64,000 nt of DNA from contig OZ024740.1 in the NCBI GenBank assembly GCA_964016885.1, forward strand, positions 338,210,001 to 338,274,000, written 5' to 3'. This document shows positions 1-12,814 of the stretch, piece by piece (the first letter of the stretch is position 1; each line of letters starts with the position of its first letter). The stretch is from Eledone cirrhosa. Taxonomy: Eukaryota. Below the pieces are notes generated by a model that saw only the letters and a program-made list of their open reading frames with translations, was not told the origin of the DNA and searched no databases. Made by a program: the position numbers and the translations under genes.

Positions 1-169
1 CGCCTTGAGGCCGTCATCAAAGAGAATAGCGGGTTTATCGAGTGAGATCGAAAGAACAAGTCATGAAGACAAACTGACCCAAGTTTGATAAATATATCTT
101 AAAAAATAAAACTACTGTGTTATTTTTTCCTAGACAGTAATCTTGCGAACAAATATCATCCGCACCCTG
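1..169 (+). mobile_element. 3' end of a Tc1/mariner-superfamily DNA transposon
   Basis: 1-45 translates RLEAVIKENSGFIE*, the typical mariner/Tc1 transposase C-terminus. The element ends in TIR-like ...CACCCTG followed by TA. Confidence 0.7.
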
Positions 170-279
170 TATATATAGCTCCCGTCTAAAACCATGCTAG
201 CGTGGAAGATAGACGTTAAATGATGATGATGATGATGATATATATATATATATACACACACACACATATATATATGTAT

Positions 280-630
280 CATCATTATCATCATCATCAT
301 CATCATAGTTTAATGCCCATTTTCTATGCTTGCATGGGTTAGATGGGCTGTTGCCTTATGAGACAATTCAGGTCTGGAGACCATGACTTGTTCATATAGA
401 TCTGTATTTTGACTTGGTTTCTATAACTAGATGCCCTTTCTAACACCAGCCACGTTACCGTGTGTAGTGGGTGCTTTATATTGTGGCACCAAGATGACCA
501 TATAACAGTGGACTGGATAATTTTTGTCATGTCACCAACACAACCGCTTTACTGGGTTTACTGGGCACTTTTGTCATGTCACTAGCATGACCACATTATA
601 GAGTGGACTGGGTGTTTTTATCCTTGTGTC
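280..630 (-). mobile_element. SINE fragment with RTE-type (ATG)n tail (family B)
   Basis: (CAT)n run, then TTTCTATGCTTGCATGGGTTAGA and GATGCCCTTTCTAACACCAGC, matching the many other copies in the window. Confidence 0.7.
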
Positions 631-799
631 ATCAATATGTTGAGCATGACAGGAGAGGTGCCTCATGAGAAGGTGGCGAGAAGAGATAGAATGAAGGTTG
701 GTCATGAATGAGGTTAGTGGGTTATTTAGTTGATGAGGGGCAGGGTATTAAGACTAGAAATGGTGGCTGGAGAATGCTTGTTGCAGGCCAGTGTCCTAC

Positions 800-1310
800 A
801 TATATTCTTTCATCCTGTGCATTTAGGAAGGCAATTCTTCTGCAGTACTGCATAACACCAGAGATCTTGACCTTATAATCATCCTTAATTGTGCAAAGAT
901 AGCTTTTATTACTTCATCCCAAATATTCAACTTCAAGTACCCCACATCTTTTTATACAACTCTCATTTTCCATACTCATCACATGTCTACGCCACTTCAA
1001 TCTCCTGATGCTCACTGCATCAAACCCCTCTTATGCCCAGTTTCTCTCTCAATTCATTGATGCTTCATCATTCTGAGTCATGCATACTTCATTCCTTTGC
1101 AATCTTCATAGGTTCTCTGCACACAGTGCCCAGATCTCACTTCCATGTAGCATTGCTGTTCAGACACAAGCAACATCCAATCATTTGAGGGAAAAAACTT
1201 TTGCAGCTAGCATGGCTATCATAGCTGTGTGGTTAAGAAGTTTGCTTTACAACCACATTGTTTTGGGGTTCACTTTCACTGATTTTGAGTTGACCACTAC
1301 CTTGTAAGAT
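800..1310 (-). mobile_element. degenerate 3' fragment of RTE LINE
   Basis: Similar to 61200-61650, e.g. TCTGCACACAGTGCCCAGATCTCACTTCCATGTAGCATTGCTG, the reverse of the AMLHGSE.WALCAE coding motif. Confidence 0.65.
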
Positions 1311-1679
1311 TCGGAAGACAGTAACTGCAGAAGCTTATGATTTATATTATACATGCACACAGACATATATATTTACATCCCCACCCTGCACAGTTGACCA
1401 AGCCATCCACAGCCCTCATCCATCACCACTATCTTCACTTTATTGTTATCAACATCCCTCCCCATTCCTTATGCTATCAAAAGTTACTCCTCCTCCTCCT
1501 TCCCCATTCATCAACCTGTCAAATCACACTGCACTTGCCACAACTTCATAATTATCCACCCCCCCCATCTATTGCTCCAACCCAACTCCTCACAGATCAG
1601 AGAGGGCTCTTCCATTGGGCTAAGGATCAACAACCTCTCTAGTTTTGGAGTCACAAAAATCCAGCTGATACTCCTGCAA

Positions 1680-2220
1680 GGTGGTTGGCAACAGTAAAGG
1701 AAAGCCAATTTAGAAGCTATGTCTACAAATAGTTGAGATGACTCTTCAGTTGTACCATGGCATGACAACCTCTCCAATGTTGGTGATCTACATGATAAAT
1801 GCATCCAGTACACACTGCAAGGTGGTTGGTGGTAGGAAGGGCATCCAGCCATAGAAAGCCTTCCAAACAAAGGGTCATGAGGATCCTTCAGTTGTGCCAA
1901 GGACAGGACAACCTCCTTAGTGTTGGTAACACAATAAATGCATCCAGTACATGCTGTAAAGTGGTTGGTGATAGAAAGGGTGTCCAGCCATCGAAAGTTT
2001 GTCAAACAAAGAGTTGGAATGGCCTGTCAGTTGCATCAAATACATAACAACCTCTCTTGTGCACTTGGTAAAACATAAGAGCATACGTGAGATGCACATC
2101 CCCTGGCCTGTCTGTGAGGCCAGTAACCCCGCTTTAGTACTGACTTAGCCTATGTAAACTCATCCAACCCTTGCTAGCAAGGAAAATGAACATTAAATGA
2201 TGATGATGATGATGATGATA
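1680..2220 (+). mobile_element. duplicated SINE family B body with (GAT)n tail
   Basis: Two copies of AAATGCATCCAGTACA...GGAAGGGCATCCAGCC, ending CTTGCTAGCAAGGAAAATGAACATTAAATGATGATG. Confidence 0.6.
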
Positions 2221-5200
2221 CAGTGGTGTAGCACTGTGAGAATGTATGAGAATGACTTTCCCTTACTTTTGCAGGGAAAGAAAATATGCCCCTTACAATT
2301 TACAAATAATCAAAATCTTCAATTATCTGATGCAATTATTTTTTTTACGCTATAAAAAATATGAGAAAAATTCAATTCTTGTTGCTTCAGCTGATCAGGG
2401 GAAGTAATGCTAGAGCATAAACCTCAGAGCATTGTGATTTTAAGGCCTTACTCTATATATGCTATTATATCTACTATTATATTTTCACAGTAAAGGCTTT
2501 GCTTCACATTATTATCTCACATGATATCGAATCTATGAGATTTTGATGTTATTTATTTTGAGAACAATATCTTAACATCAGTATGAATGGCTGGTTAGAG
2601 CTGGTTTGAACTGAAAGAGGTGAGAGAATTCTGACTGGATATGGCTGGTTTAAATGCTAAAGGGTTAATAGGGAATTTAAAACAAAAGTTTATAAAATAA
2701 TAGCTGCTCCCACTCCTTTCTTACAGGTCAATGACCTCTTTCCTCTCTTGGATACTAGTGCTTTCAGTTCCCAAATACCTTCACTCTAGTAAAACATATA
2801 TAACAGATTAAGTAGTATAGAAGTCTATCTCTTTATATGTTCTGAAGATAATCTATTCTGATTCAGTGGTATAAAATATTCTCATTAGCAAAAATATTTC
2901 TTTTTATTTAAAATACTGCGCATTCTGAAAATCTAGATAATTATTATTGTACTGTATATATAATTCTTATTATTCTAATCAAAAATAATATATTTAAATC
3001 AATGAAAACGGTTTTGAATCTCTACCAGGCTGTATCTAGTTGTCAACTTGATTTTTTAAAACCAAAGAGTGTAGACTTTACCCACCCCCCATTTCCCTTC
3101 TCTTCTATTTTTATTTATTTTTCTACCCCATTTTAAAAATTTTATTTTCCTCTTTGTAAATATATACAATTGAATATAAAATTTTGAATCAATAAAATGT
3201 CTAACTATATATTCAAATATTCAATTACTGTATATACTTGTATATAAGCTGGGAAATATGTGAAAATATAAATTGATGGTAAAATTGGGGGGTGGGGACT
3301 TATATTTGAGGTGAATATTTTTCCAATTTTCCGCAGCTTCAAAATACTTCATAAATGAGGGGCTGAGATTTTCACTTTTGAGGTAAATAATACACCGGTT
3401 TCACTTACGACAAGCAATTCATATTTCCTATTGTTTTGTATGAATATGGCCTTCAAAATGGCTGGAAATTGGTAAAAAAATCATTACATAATGGAGTTAT
3501 GAAAAAAAACAACTATTTTTTAAACGATGCTTAAAACATTTTAAACATCAAAATACTAAAAAATCATAAATGTGTTCTCTACTCATGAGAATTTCAAAAT
3601 TGCATCATTTAAACATGATGTGATGATTACTTGCCTTGGCTTATAAAGAGGGTTTGGATTTTTATCTATTTCTCAGACATAAAATAGGGGATCAGTTTTT
3701 AGTCAGATTGGCTCACATATATAATTGTTTCTACTTTTTTGGCACAAGGCCAGCAATTTCCCAGTGTATTACTGGTACTTTATTTTATCGAATGTAACAC
3801 AACCGTCACAGTAATCGTTTTTGTTAAAAGGGACATTATACATAAATAGGAATTTGGATCTTTACCAGGACTTATCAAAATGTCAAATTCATTTTTTGTT
3901 TAGTTTTACTTAAGTTAGACACAATATATGATTATTTTTATTTCAATTAAGTCTAAATAATATATAATTATTATTTTTTAAATTATTTTACAGTGATATA
4001 ATACATAAGACCCACTGAAGTAAAGTTCACATATCTGGGACAAAGAGCCTAAACTACAACAAAAATAAGGCCATTTGATTAGTTAAATTAGTTGAGAAGA
4101 TTCACTCTGCATATTCTCCCCACTCAGGCCCATTTGGAACACTCTTCTTTTGTCTCCTTATCATTCTTGCTTTATTACTTCATCCTTATACCAAACTAAA
4201 CACTCTCCCAACCATTCTTTCCCATTACTACAACCTTCTGAAATTCCCACTTTTTTTTGCAGTTATCAACCAGTTGGTGTTCAAAGCAAATATCAGGGAC
4301 ATTGCTTTTCTCTGGCTAAAAAGACAAAACTAGATTCTGCAATGAGAATCAATTCTTTAGCATATAAAACTCACTATGTATATCAAATCTTAAACAATAT
4401 ATATATTACTGTTCAATCTGTTTCAGATATTTTACTTTAGTTTGTTTTGTATCCTGCTTATTGCACATAGGAGGCTGGCTCAATATGAGCTAAAAATTAC
4501 AGAATGCAACCATTTTTATGTGTGTGCATTAGCATACTATATACATGTATTTGTGGGTATGAAAATATGTATGCATGTTTTCTTAGTGTACTATATATAA
4601 TTGTATGTATATATCTAGGAATGTATATATATGGCCAAGTGGTTAACAAATTTGCTTTGAAATCATGAGGTTTAGTTCAACTCCTTTTCATGACATCTTA
4701 GCCAACAGTAATTTACCATAGCCTGGGAAGGAAACAGAGGCTAGTGAATGAAATTGGTTAGATGAAAACTTTGTGTAAGCCTATTAGATAGACTGTATTT
4801 GTAATTCAAAAAGTCAAGTTTATTATATCTGGAGTAATGGTGATTTTATTTGAGATGTATATGAGGGGTACATGTCAGTGGAATACTCAACCAACAATAG
4901 ATTGTCTTGTTGACCAAACAATTGGAACTCATCCTCAAAACTGACAAAAATCGATTTATATATGTACATATGTATGATGTGCATACTAACATACTGTGTG
5001 AATAAGTGTGTAGCATTCGTACACTATATATGTGTATTTATATATGAGAGAATTATTGTATGTTTGTATATGAGAGTGTGTATATATATATATATATATT
5101 CAGAAATACTTATTCATATCTATATGTTTGAATTCTATCAAAATAACTTGAGGCAGTTATATTCATTGATTTCTTGAACACATGTTAGCAATTTTTGAAA

Positions 5201-5929
5201 TCTTACCGAAATTTCTAAAACTTTTATTAATTTACATTGGGAAGATGTAGAAAGCAACAGTAAATATGTTATATGTTAGAAAAGACATAAAAATACAACT
5301 ACATATTAATTTCAATGTCTATTTATAATTCCTGGTATGACTTACAGTTTGATGGAAAATCAAGAAAATATGAAAATTATTCTGCTCAAATGTTGAAATC
5401 AAATTATCCATTGCCATTCATTATACTTCTACATATTTGATATTGAAGTTCTTAGAGAAGGAGGGGGGGGGGACTATCGATATTCCAACAGTGCATTGAG
5501 ACTCAAAGAATTGCTACAAACAATTGCTAGAGAAACTTCTTGTAACAGCTATGATTTACTGGCTACTTCAACTGTCATTTCAATCATATTTTCCTTGATG
5601 ACATTGAGAGAGAGAGAGAGAGAGAGAGAGTTAGGATAGAGAGAGTTATTAACAAGTGACTACATGTGTATTTTTTTCCTTGCTTGCTTTCCTTTTTCTT
5701 CTCTCTCCAAAACAACCTCTCTTCATTCTGTGTCTACCTTTTCAATGAAGGACTAGCTTTTGAAACGTTAATTCTCTTTTATAATTTTAAGTGTTCAGCT
5801 AATATATTATTATTGTAATGTGTTGTTCAATGAGACTGTCTTTTAAAAATCATCATCGTTTAAAGTCCATTTTCCACGATAGTATGGGTAGGATTTTTTG
5901 TTTAGATATGTCTGCTTCTTTTTCGTTTT

Positions 5930-6050
5930 GACTGCATCCCCTTGATAAGTTCAGCTAGATTCCCACCATTCCAATACTGGTGGCTTAGTTCAGATCTAGC
6001 TGTCGAAATGGCCGGAGCTCAGTCGTTGGTGTCCTAACTCTTTTCCTATA
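5930..6050 (+). mobile_element. PLE-terminus fragment with degenerate hammerhead motif
   Basis: TTGATAAG, long stem CAGCTAGAT/ATCTAGCTG, then GAAATGGC..AGTCGT. Same family as 17512-17705, 17920-18125 and 27598-27730. Confidence 0.45.
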
Positions 6051-6502
6051 TATCTATATATATAATATATAATAGTTTTCTATAGAGGAATGGAAAAAGA
6101 CCATAGTTAAATGCAGTACTCAAAACATAAAGTAGAGAGGGTACATAATTCATTTTGAATGAAAATATCTTCAACTGGACTAGCACTGTTTCGTTTGGTT
6201 GAGATCATCAGGAAAGTTTACTAACACCAAACATGCTTTTATATTGAGAGTAGCATAATATTTTGTTTGTTGTTTGTTTGCTTTGTTTAGGTGTCATCGT
6301 GAGACATAGATCAACAACAAAAAAGGTTAAGAAATACAACTTTATCTATTTTCAGAAATATTTGTTAAATTTAATCTTATCTGATTTTGTATGCCTATAT
6401 ATGTGTGTGTGTGTAAATAAAATAGTACCATCAAATTCATAAATCTGAATGTAGATATACCTAGAATAAAAGCAAAGTAATCAGTGAAAGTCTCGATATA
6501 TA

Positions 6503-6858
6503 AATAATTGTTTCTACTTTAGGCACAAGGCCAGCAATTACCCAGTGCATTACTGGTACTTTATTTTATCGACCCCGTAAGGATGAAAGGCTAAGTCAAC
6601 CTCGGCGGGATTTGAACTCAGATCGTAAAGGGACGTAACTATGCTGGAAAGCATATTGATATATAAATAATTGTTTCTACTTTTGACACAAGGCCAGCAA
6701 TTACCCAGTACATTACTGGTACTTTATTTTATCGACCCCCGTAAGGATGAAAGGCAAAGTTAACCTTGGCGGAATTTGAACTCAGATCATAAAGGGACGT
6801 AACTCTATGCTTCAAAGCATGGCGTCCGACTCTCTACCAATACTGCCAATCCGCCGCC
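6503..6858 (-). mobile_element. two adjacent tRNA-derived SINEs (family A), one partial and one full
   Basis: Reverse strand reads GGCGGCGGATTGGCAGTA (A box), GAGTTCAAATT (B box) and CCTTACGGGGTCGATAAAATAAAGTACCAG. TSD-like ATATAAATAAT flanks the full copy. Confidence 0.85.
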
Positions 6859-7149
6859 AATATAAATAATACATGCTAAAATATATAAATAATACATGCT
6901 AAAATATATAAATAATACATGCTAAAACCAAAGCATCCACATCGAATGCCAAACTCGTAATTAATAAATTCATTAAAACAAAGCTAATTACAAACTAAAT
7001 ATTTATATTAGATTGAAGACATCATCCAAATTTCCTGACAAATACTCCATAAATCCAACCACCAGCCTGCTCTAAATACCAAATATCCTGAAATAATTCA
7101 GTTGGCTAAATAAATAATGAAATAGACTTGTATAAATTTATCCTAAACT

Positions 7150-8220
7150 TTTAAACTGGGCAAATACAAAGAATCTAAATAGATTAAAAATGCATATATA
7201 GTGTAGTAGCTTGCAGAGGATGTGAGGATGTGACAACCCAAAGCATCTGTATTGGCGCAAGTGGTGAGGGTATTCAACCAAAGAGCCATGCAGGTTTCTC
7301 CATTCAATACAGTTACTGAAAAAATTCGAAACGTTTGCAAGATCCCAAAAAAGGGGTTTCATGAAGCTTGAAAAGGGATGGTTCACTTCTTGAATTTGAA
7401 AAATGATGAAATTATCCACAATGCAATACATTCAACCAATGGATATTATGGAAAATGAAGAATCAATTGTTTGAACAAGGGGAAGAAGAACGATGCCTAG
7501 AGAATCAGCAGGAGATATTGGACTGGCTGTACAACAAGAAATGAATAAAGTAATAGTAGAGATTTGGAATTGATTAAAAACGGAAATTGAAGGCCACAGT
7601 GTTTGCTTTCAAGACTTAAGAAAACGATTTTCATTTCTTCTGAATTTGAATTCAGTCATAACTGAAGATGAACAAAAAAGGGAAGTTAAAAATAGAATGT
7701 CCAGCTTTGCAAATTATAATGAAAATGATGTGACAGCTATTCATTATATGATGAAATTACTAACTTTGTAATGATTCTTCAAGCTGGAGGAAATACATTT
7801 TCCTCAGATCGTAAAGATGCTCTGGTGTCTTTACTGCAGTTTAGAAAAGAAGTCTTTCCATCAATGTGCATTGCTTACAGATTACTGTAAGTTGTGAAAG
7901 GTCATTTTCAAAACTGAAATTACTAAAAACATATCTGATATTTTCCATGTCACAAAAGCAATTGACCAGCCTGGATTTAATCAGTATTAAAAGAAATCAT
8001 TCCTCACACTGAAGTATTTTCTGACAGATCTCAATTTGGAAACTAAACTATATGTGGCTGGTTTTTAATTAATTTGAATGGAGTGGGTATTTCATGTTTC
8101 AACTGCTTTTGCATATTTAAAATGTCTTCTTTGCTCAGTATTAGGGTTTATACCTCAGTTTTGGTGGCATACGCTCAAGCAGTTGGCCCTGGGTATCACT
8201 AAACTCTTTGCATGCCAGTG
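7150..8220 (+). mobile_element. degenerate hAT transposase remnant (C-terminal dimerisation domain)
   Basis: About 7893-7990 translates CERSFSKLKLLKTYLIFSMSQKQLTSLDLISI, the hAT dimerisation motif. Many stops. Ends near TIR-like GCCAGTG. Confidence 0.75.
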
Positions 8221-8365
8221 ATATAGTGACAAACAGTAACAGTATGAATCAACCAATGGAAGTTTGTCATGTACTTTCATTCTCTCAATCTATCTATCTG
8301 GAGTGCAAAACCTCAAGTGGATGTTGCCTTATGGTCTGTCAGAGAGCTTTTGTCTGAAACTTGAC

Positions 8366-8717
8366 TAGAGGTTCTCAAAGTAGGCACTACCGCCCCCGAG
8401 AGGTGATGAGAAGGTCCAGGAAGTACTGAGGCCTAAGGGATCGGTGTGTGGGGGTGGGTCAGTAGAGATGATGTAATAGTATAATAAATATCAAATGATA
8501 CATATTATATATAAATATAGTAAAATAAAAAATATATATATTTATTTATACATAGTATATATTATATTATTTATTATATATAAATTAATGATTTTATTTA
8601 TTATATATTATTTACAATTTGTGTGAAGGCAGGTCTCTCTGGAAATAGGGTTGGGGCTGCTGAGGGTATTACAATGTTGCAAGGGAGGCGGTGGCCTGAA
8701 AAGTTTGAGAACCTCTG
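8366..8717. mobile_element. hAT/Charlie-type MITE
   Basis: 14-bp TIRs (T)AGAGGTTCTCAAA / TTTGAGAACCTCT(G), AT-rich interior, right flank CTTTAGAC (NNNTANNN-like target). Confidence 0.75.
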
Positions 8718-9356
8718 CTTTAGACCTTTTCATTCCTCACAATGACCAAACTTATCACCTATCTAAGTTTATTGAGGCCTTTGTCTTCATTTGTCTCACC
8801 AGTGTTTCTAATGTGTAAGTTAACATGTTCTACATTTGGAAACAAGTCAATTAAAGTCTGGTCCATTATAGTTGTGTTTATACCCAGACTGATCTATTAA
8901 CACTAAGATTTCTGCAGACAATCACATAAATAAACAACAAACTACATTAATATCAATTTTTCAATCACATAAATTCACATACTGTATGATTATCCAATTT
9001 AATAATACTATAATTTTCTAGCATTTTTGGCATTAATATTTCCAATTTCAAACCACCACCATCTATCCATACTTCAAATTTATATAATAAGTTATCCCAA
9101 TGGTCTGTTATTACACAATTAATTTTGGATATTAGAAAAACAAAATAAATGAAACAAAAGAAAAAGATAAATTAAAATTTTTCATTGACTACGTTTATAT
9201 CAATACTAACTGATAAGCTCAGTCCAGTCATTTCCAGCTAGTGCCTACAGACTTCTCAAATGAGGTGTTTGGGACTATGCCACAAAAGCATTGCTTTTGT
9301 CCCAGGAGTTTCCTAGATAGACACACAAACATTATGGCTTATATATATATATATAT

Positions 9357-9422
<66 letters not shown>

Positions 9423-10044
9423 ACTAAGTTAAAGTATCAGAACATCATATGTATGATGATTATGTGTTTTATATATATGTACAAAATACTGTTTCTCAAA
9501 TGATATATGGCTCTTTCTCTTTCTATATGTACATATATCTTTTAATTTGAATTACATATATATCATCATCATTGTTTAATGACCATCTTCCATGCTACGT
9601 GGGTAGCATCATATATCAAAACACACACACATATATATATATACACACACACATGTTTTAATACATAGAAATTAGATGTGCATATATATATATATATATA
9701 TGAGTGTGTTGAAGTTTGCTTGAAGCATTGTGGAATATGAAAAATGGTTGTTTTTGGAAGCTTTTACAATGCAGGTGGATAAATCTCTGGGTAACAAAAT
9801 CAGGTGGCAGTAGGAGGAAAGTGGATAAAAGAGGGAAGGAGAAAATAGGAAAAAGAAATATAGTCCCTATATTTAGTCCCTATTGTTATTGGTGACTGAG
9901 TAGTAAATTGATCATAGAAAGAAAGACTGTATTTTATTCACAGTAGCATTCCTAAGTCATTTATTTGAATCTAATACCGTGTAATAGAAACTTCTCATTG
10001 CTGACATGTTCATACAGTAACAGTCTACAAATACACAGGAATTG

Positions 10045-10089
<45 letters not shown>

Positions 10090-10326
10090 ATATTAACAAA
10101 TGGAAACTATATTTATAAAACCATATTTATTTTATTATACATATTTCAAGGGCCACCAAGGCAAATTATGGTGCGCTTTCATCAGATAAAATACAATACA
10201 GATTAGTTTTATAAATAAATAAATATTGACATACCCTGAAAAAAAAAACCTTAACGGTTGGAGCTTCCTGGAAGCTCCAACCGTTAAGGTTGTATTTTTT
10301 CAGGGTATGTCAATATTTATTTATTT
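10090..10326 (-). mobile_element. PLE (Naiad-related) 3'-end fragment with fold-back inversion
   Basis: Reverse strand contains AAATATGGTTTTATAAATATAGTTTCCATTT, identical to the pLTR at about 38694-38723. A palindrome spans 10213-10326. Abuts (TA)n. Confidence 0.8.
10128..10193 (-). ncRNA. type I minimal hammerhead ribozyme
   Basis: Reverse strand: tattttat CTGATGA aagcgcacc..ggtggccctt GAAA tatgta TA ataaaata, with an 8-bp stem I and intact core. Confidence 0.75.
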
Positions 10327-11725
10327 TGCCTGCTATCCTACTACATCTCTTGTGTACCCAGGATCTGCATTGTGTGCATTTTATAGAATTTATGCCAGTT
10401 CCTTTTCTGCATATCGAATATGGCCATTTCCCTGACGGAATCAGAGTTTTGTCCTCTTTTCTACTCATCAACGCTTTTGTCTTATCTAGGTTCACTCTCA
10501 GTCCTCTTGCTTTCAACTGCTGTTTCCATAGCCAGAATTTATTCTCTAGCTCCTCTACTGATTCTGCTATAAGAATCGTCAGCATAGAGATGTTCCCATG
10601 GACAGCCAGTCTTAAACTCCTCTGTTATGGCTTGGAGGACTATAATGAACAAGAGCGGGCTGAGGACCGAACTTTGATGTACTCCTACTTGTATCTGGAA
10701 TTCCTCATTAAACTCCATTCCTACCCTGACTTTACTGACAGCACCTCTGTACAAAGTTTGCACTGTCCTCACAAGCCATTCCTCAACATCTAGTTTCTTT
10801 AGGGACCACCAGATGACAGATCGGGGTACCCTATCAAAGCCCTTCTCTAGGTCAACAAAGGCTAAGTATAGTGGCTTATTCTTCTCTAAGAACCTCTCTT
10901 GTAATTGTCTCACCAAGAAGAGGGCATCTGTTGTACTTTACCCAGGCACAAAACCAAACTGCATCTCATCTAGTTTGACCCTTTCTCTAATTAGTTGTGC
11001 TAATATCCTTTCTGCCACTTTCATAACCTGATCCATCAGTTTTATACCCCTATAATTGCTCCTCTCCAGAGCATTCCCTTTACCTTTGTAGCAGTTTATG
11101 AGAATACTGCTGCACCAGTCTTTGGGTATGACACCACTATATATAGCCTGATTGATGATGTGTGCAACCAGTTTAGTGCCTACGTCCCCTGATGCCTTCA
11201 GCATCTCAGAAACTATGCCCGACGGTCCTGCAGCCTTACCATTTTTCATTTCCTTAATCGCCTCTTGGACCCTATATTCGTCAATCTCAATAGCTGGTCC
11301 CTCTGTCGGATCTACTGAGGGTAATTTCTCTCTCTCCCATTCATTCTCCACATTCATCAGTCTCTCATAATGACATTTCCAGGCCTCCTTTTTCTGATCG
11401 CTCGTGACACTAAATACACTGGCATCATTCCAGACACATTTATCTCGAAGAACATCCTGATTTGCATTGATACACTGCCTTGCAATGTGGAACACCGCAT
11501 GCCTTTGATCTTTCCGTCGCAGAACATTGGCAAACCTCCTACTCTCAGCCTCCCTGCGTGCTAAGTACACCTGATGTCTAGCTTCTCTATGCCCACCCTT
11601 TTTGCAAGCCTTCCATGCTAGTCGTTTGTCTCTAATGGCCTTATCTACTGTGCTGTTCCACCACCAGGTCACTCTCTGTCTGGTAGGAGCTCTGCTCCAA
11701 CCACAAGTTTCATCAGTAGCCTGCA
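10327..11725 (-). mobile_element. RTE-clade LINE fragment (RT), frameshifted
   Basis: ORFs 10938-11672, 10539-10916 and 10310-10585 carry [47 protein letters not shown] and LYADD. Confidence 0.9.
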
Positions 11726-11799
11726 GTAAGTTATATATATGAATATATATATGTATATATATATGAATATATATATATATAAATGAATATATATATATA

Positions 11800-11859
<60 letters not shown>

Positions 11860-12165
11860 CACGGTTCAAGAGTAAACCAATCTTAAAGAGAGAGATGGAG
11901 ATAGGGCAGGTGAAGAGAGATTGGTGAATTAGTTAGAAGTCAAAAGCGTAAAGGCATGTGCTCAATGTGAAAAATGCAGTGGAAGGCAGCTAGATGGCTG
12001 GGTTCATGCAGAGATTAGGTGCACAGAGCTGGAAATATTCATTAGTTAAGCAAAACAAAACTACAAATTTAACAAGGAAGACGTTATATAAAGAGTGTCA
12101 ACATAGTTGCAGTTTTATGTAAGGAATAAGGAGTGTAATTATAGTTTAATGTAAGGAATAATAAA

Positions 12166-12560
12166 ATAATTGTTTCTACTTTTGGCACAAGGCCAGCAAT
12201 TACCCAGTACATTACTGGTACTTTATTTTATCGACCCCGTAAGGATGAAAGGCAAAGTTAACCTCGGCGGTATTTGAACACAGACCGTAAAGGGACGTAA
12301 CTATGCTGGAAAGCATGGCGTCCGACTCTCTACTGATACTGCCAATCCACCGCCCTAGGAATAATAAAATAATAATAATTGTTTCTACTTTTAATAATAA
12401 TTGTTTCTACTTTTGCATAAGGCCAGCAATTACCCAGTGCATTACTGGTACTTTATTTTATCGACCCCGTAAGGATGAAAGGCAAAGTTAACCTCGGCGG
12501 GATTTGAACTCAGAATGGCAAGGACCGTAACTCTATGCGTCAAAGCATGGCGTCCGACAC
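12166..12560 (-). mobile_element. two tandem tRNA-derived SINEs (family A)
   Basis: Same A/B boxes and central domain as 6666-6858. TSD-like AGGAATAATAAAATAAT flanks the first copy. Confidence 0.85.
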
Positions 12561-12814
12561 TAATAATGTCCGTTTACAATTGTTTCGCTGCTCCATATAA
12601 TGTTTCTGGATCAAATGATTATAGATCATTATTGATCTGGTTCAGATGAAGATAATTATGGAGCAGCTCTTCAGAACTTCAAAAGAGATAATGAAAATAT
12701 TGATAAAGGTACGATGGAATAAGTAAGGTAAAGAAAGATGGTTACATGAATGTAATGTTCCATAAATTGATATTTCACTATCAATAGAACACTTCAAAGT
12801 ACTAGCAATGTCCA

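Noticed and set aside
6170-6215. Minus-strand CTGATGA..GAAAC motif (similar weak one at 44003-44044)
   Set aside because: Stems I and II pair poorly; at most a highly decayed relic.
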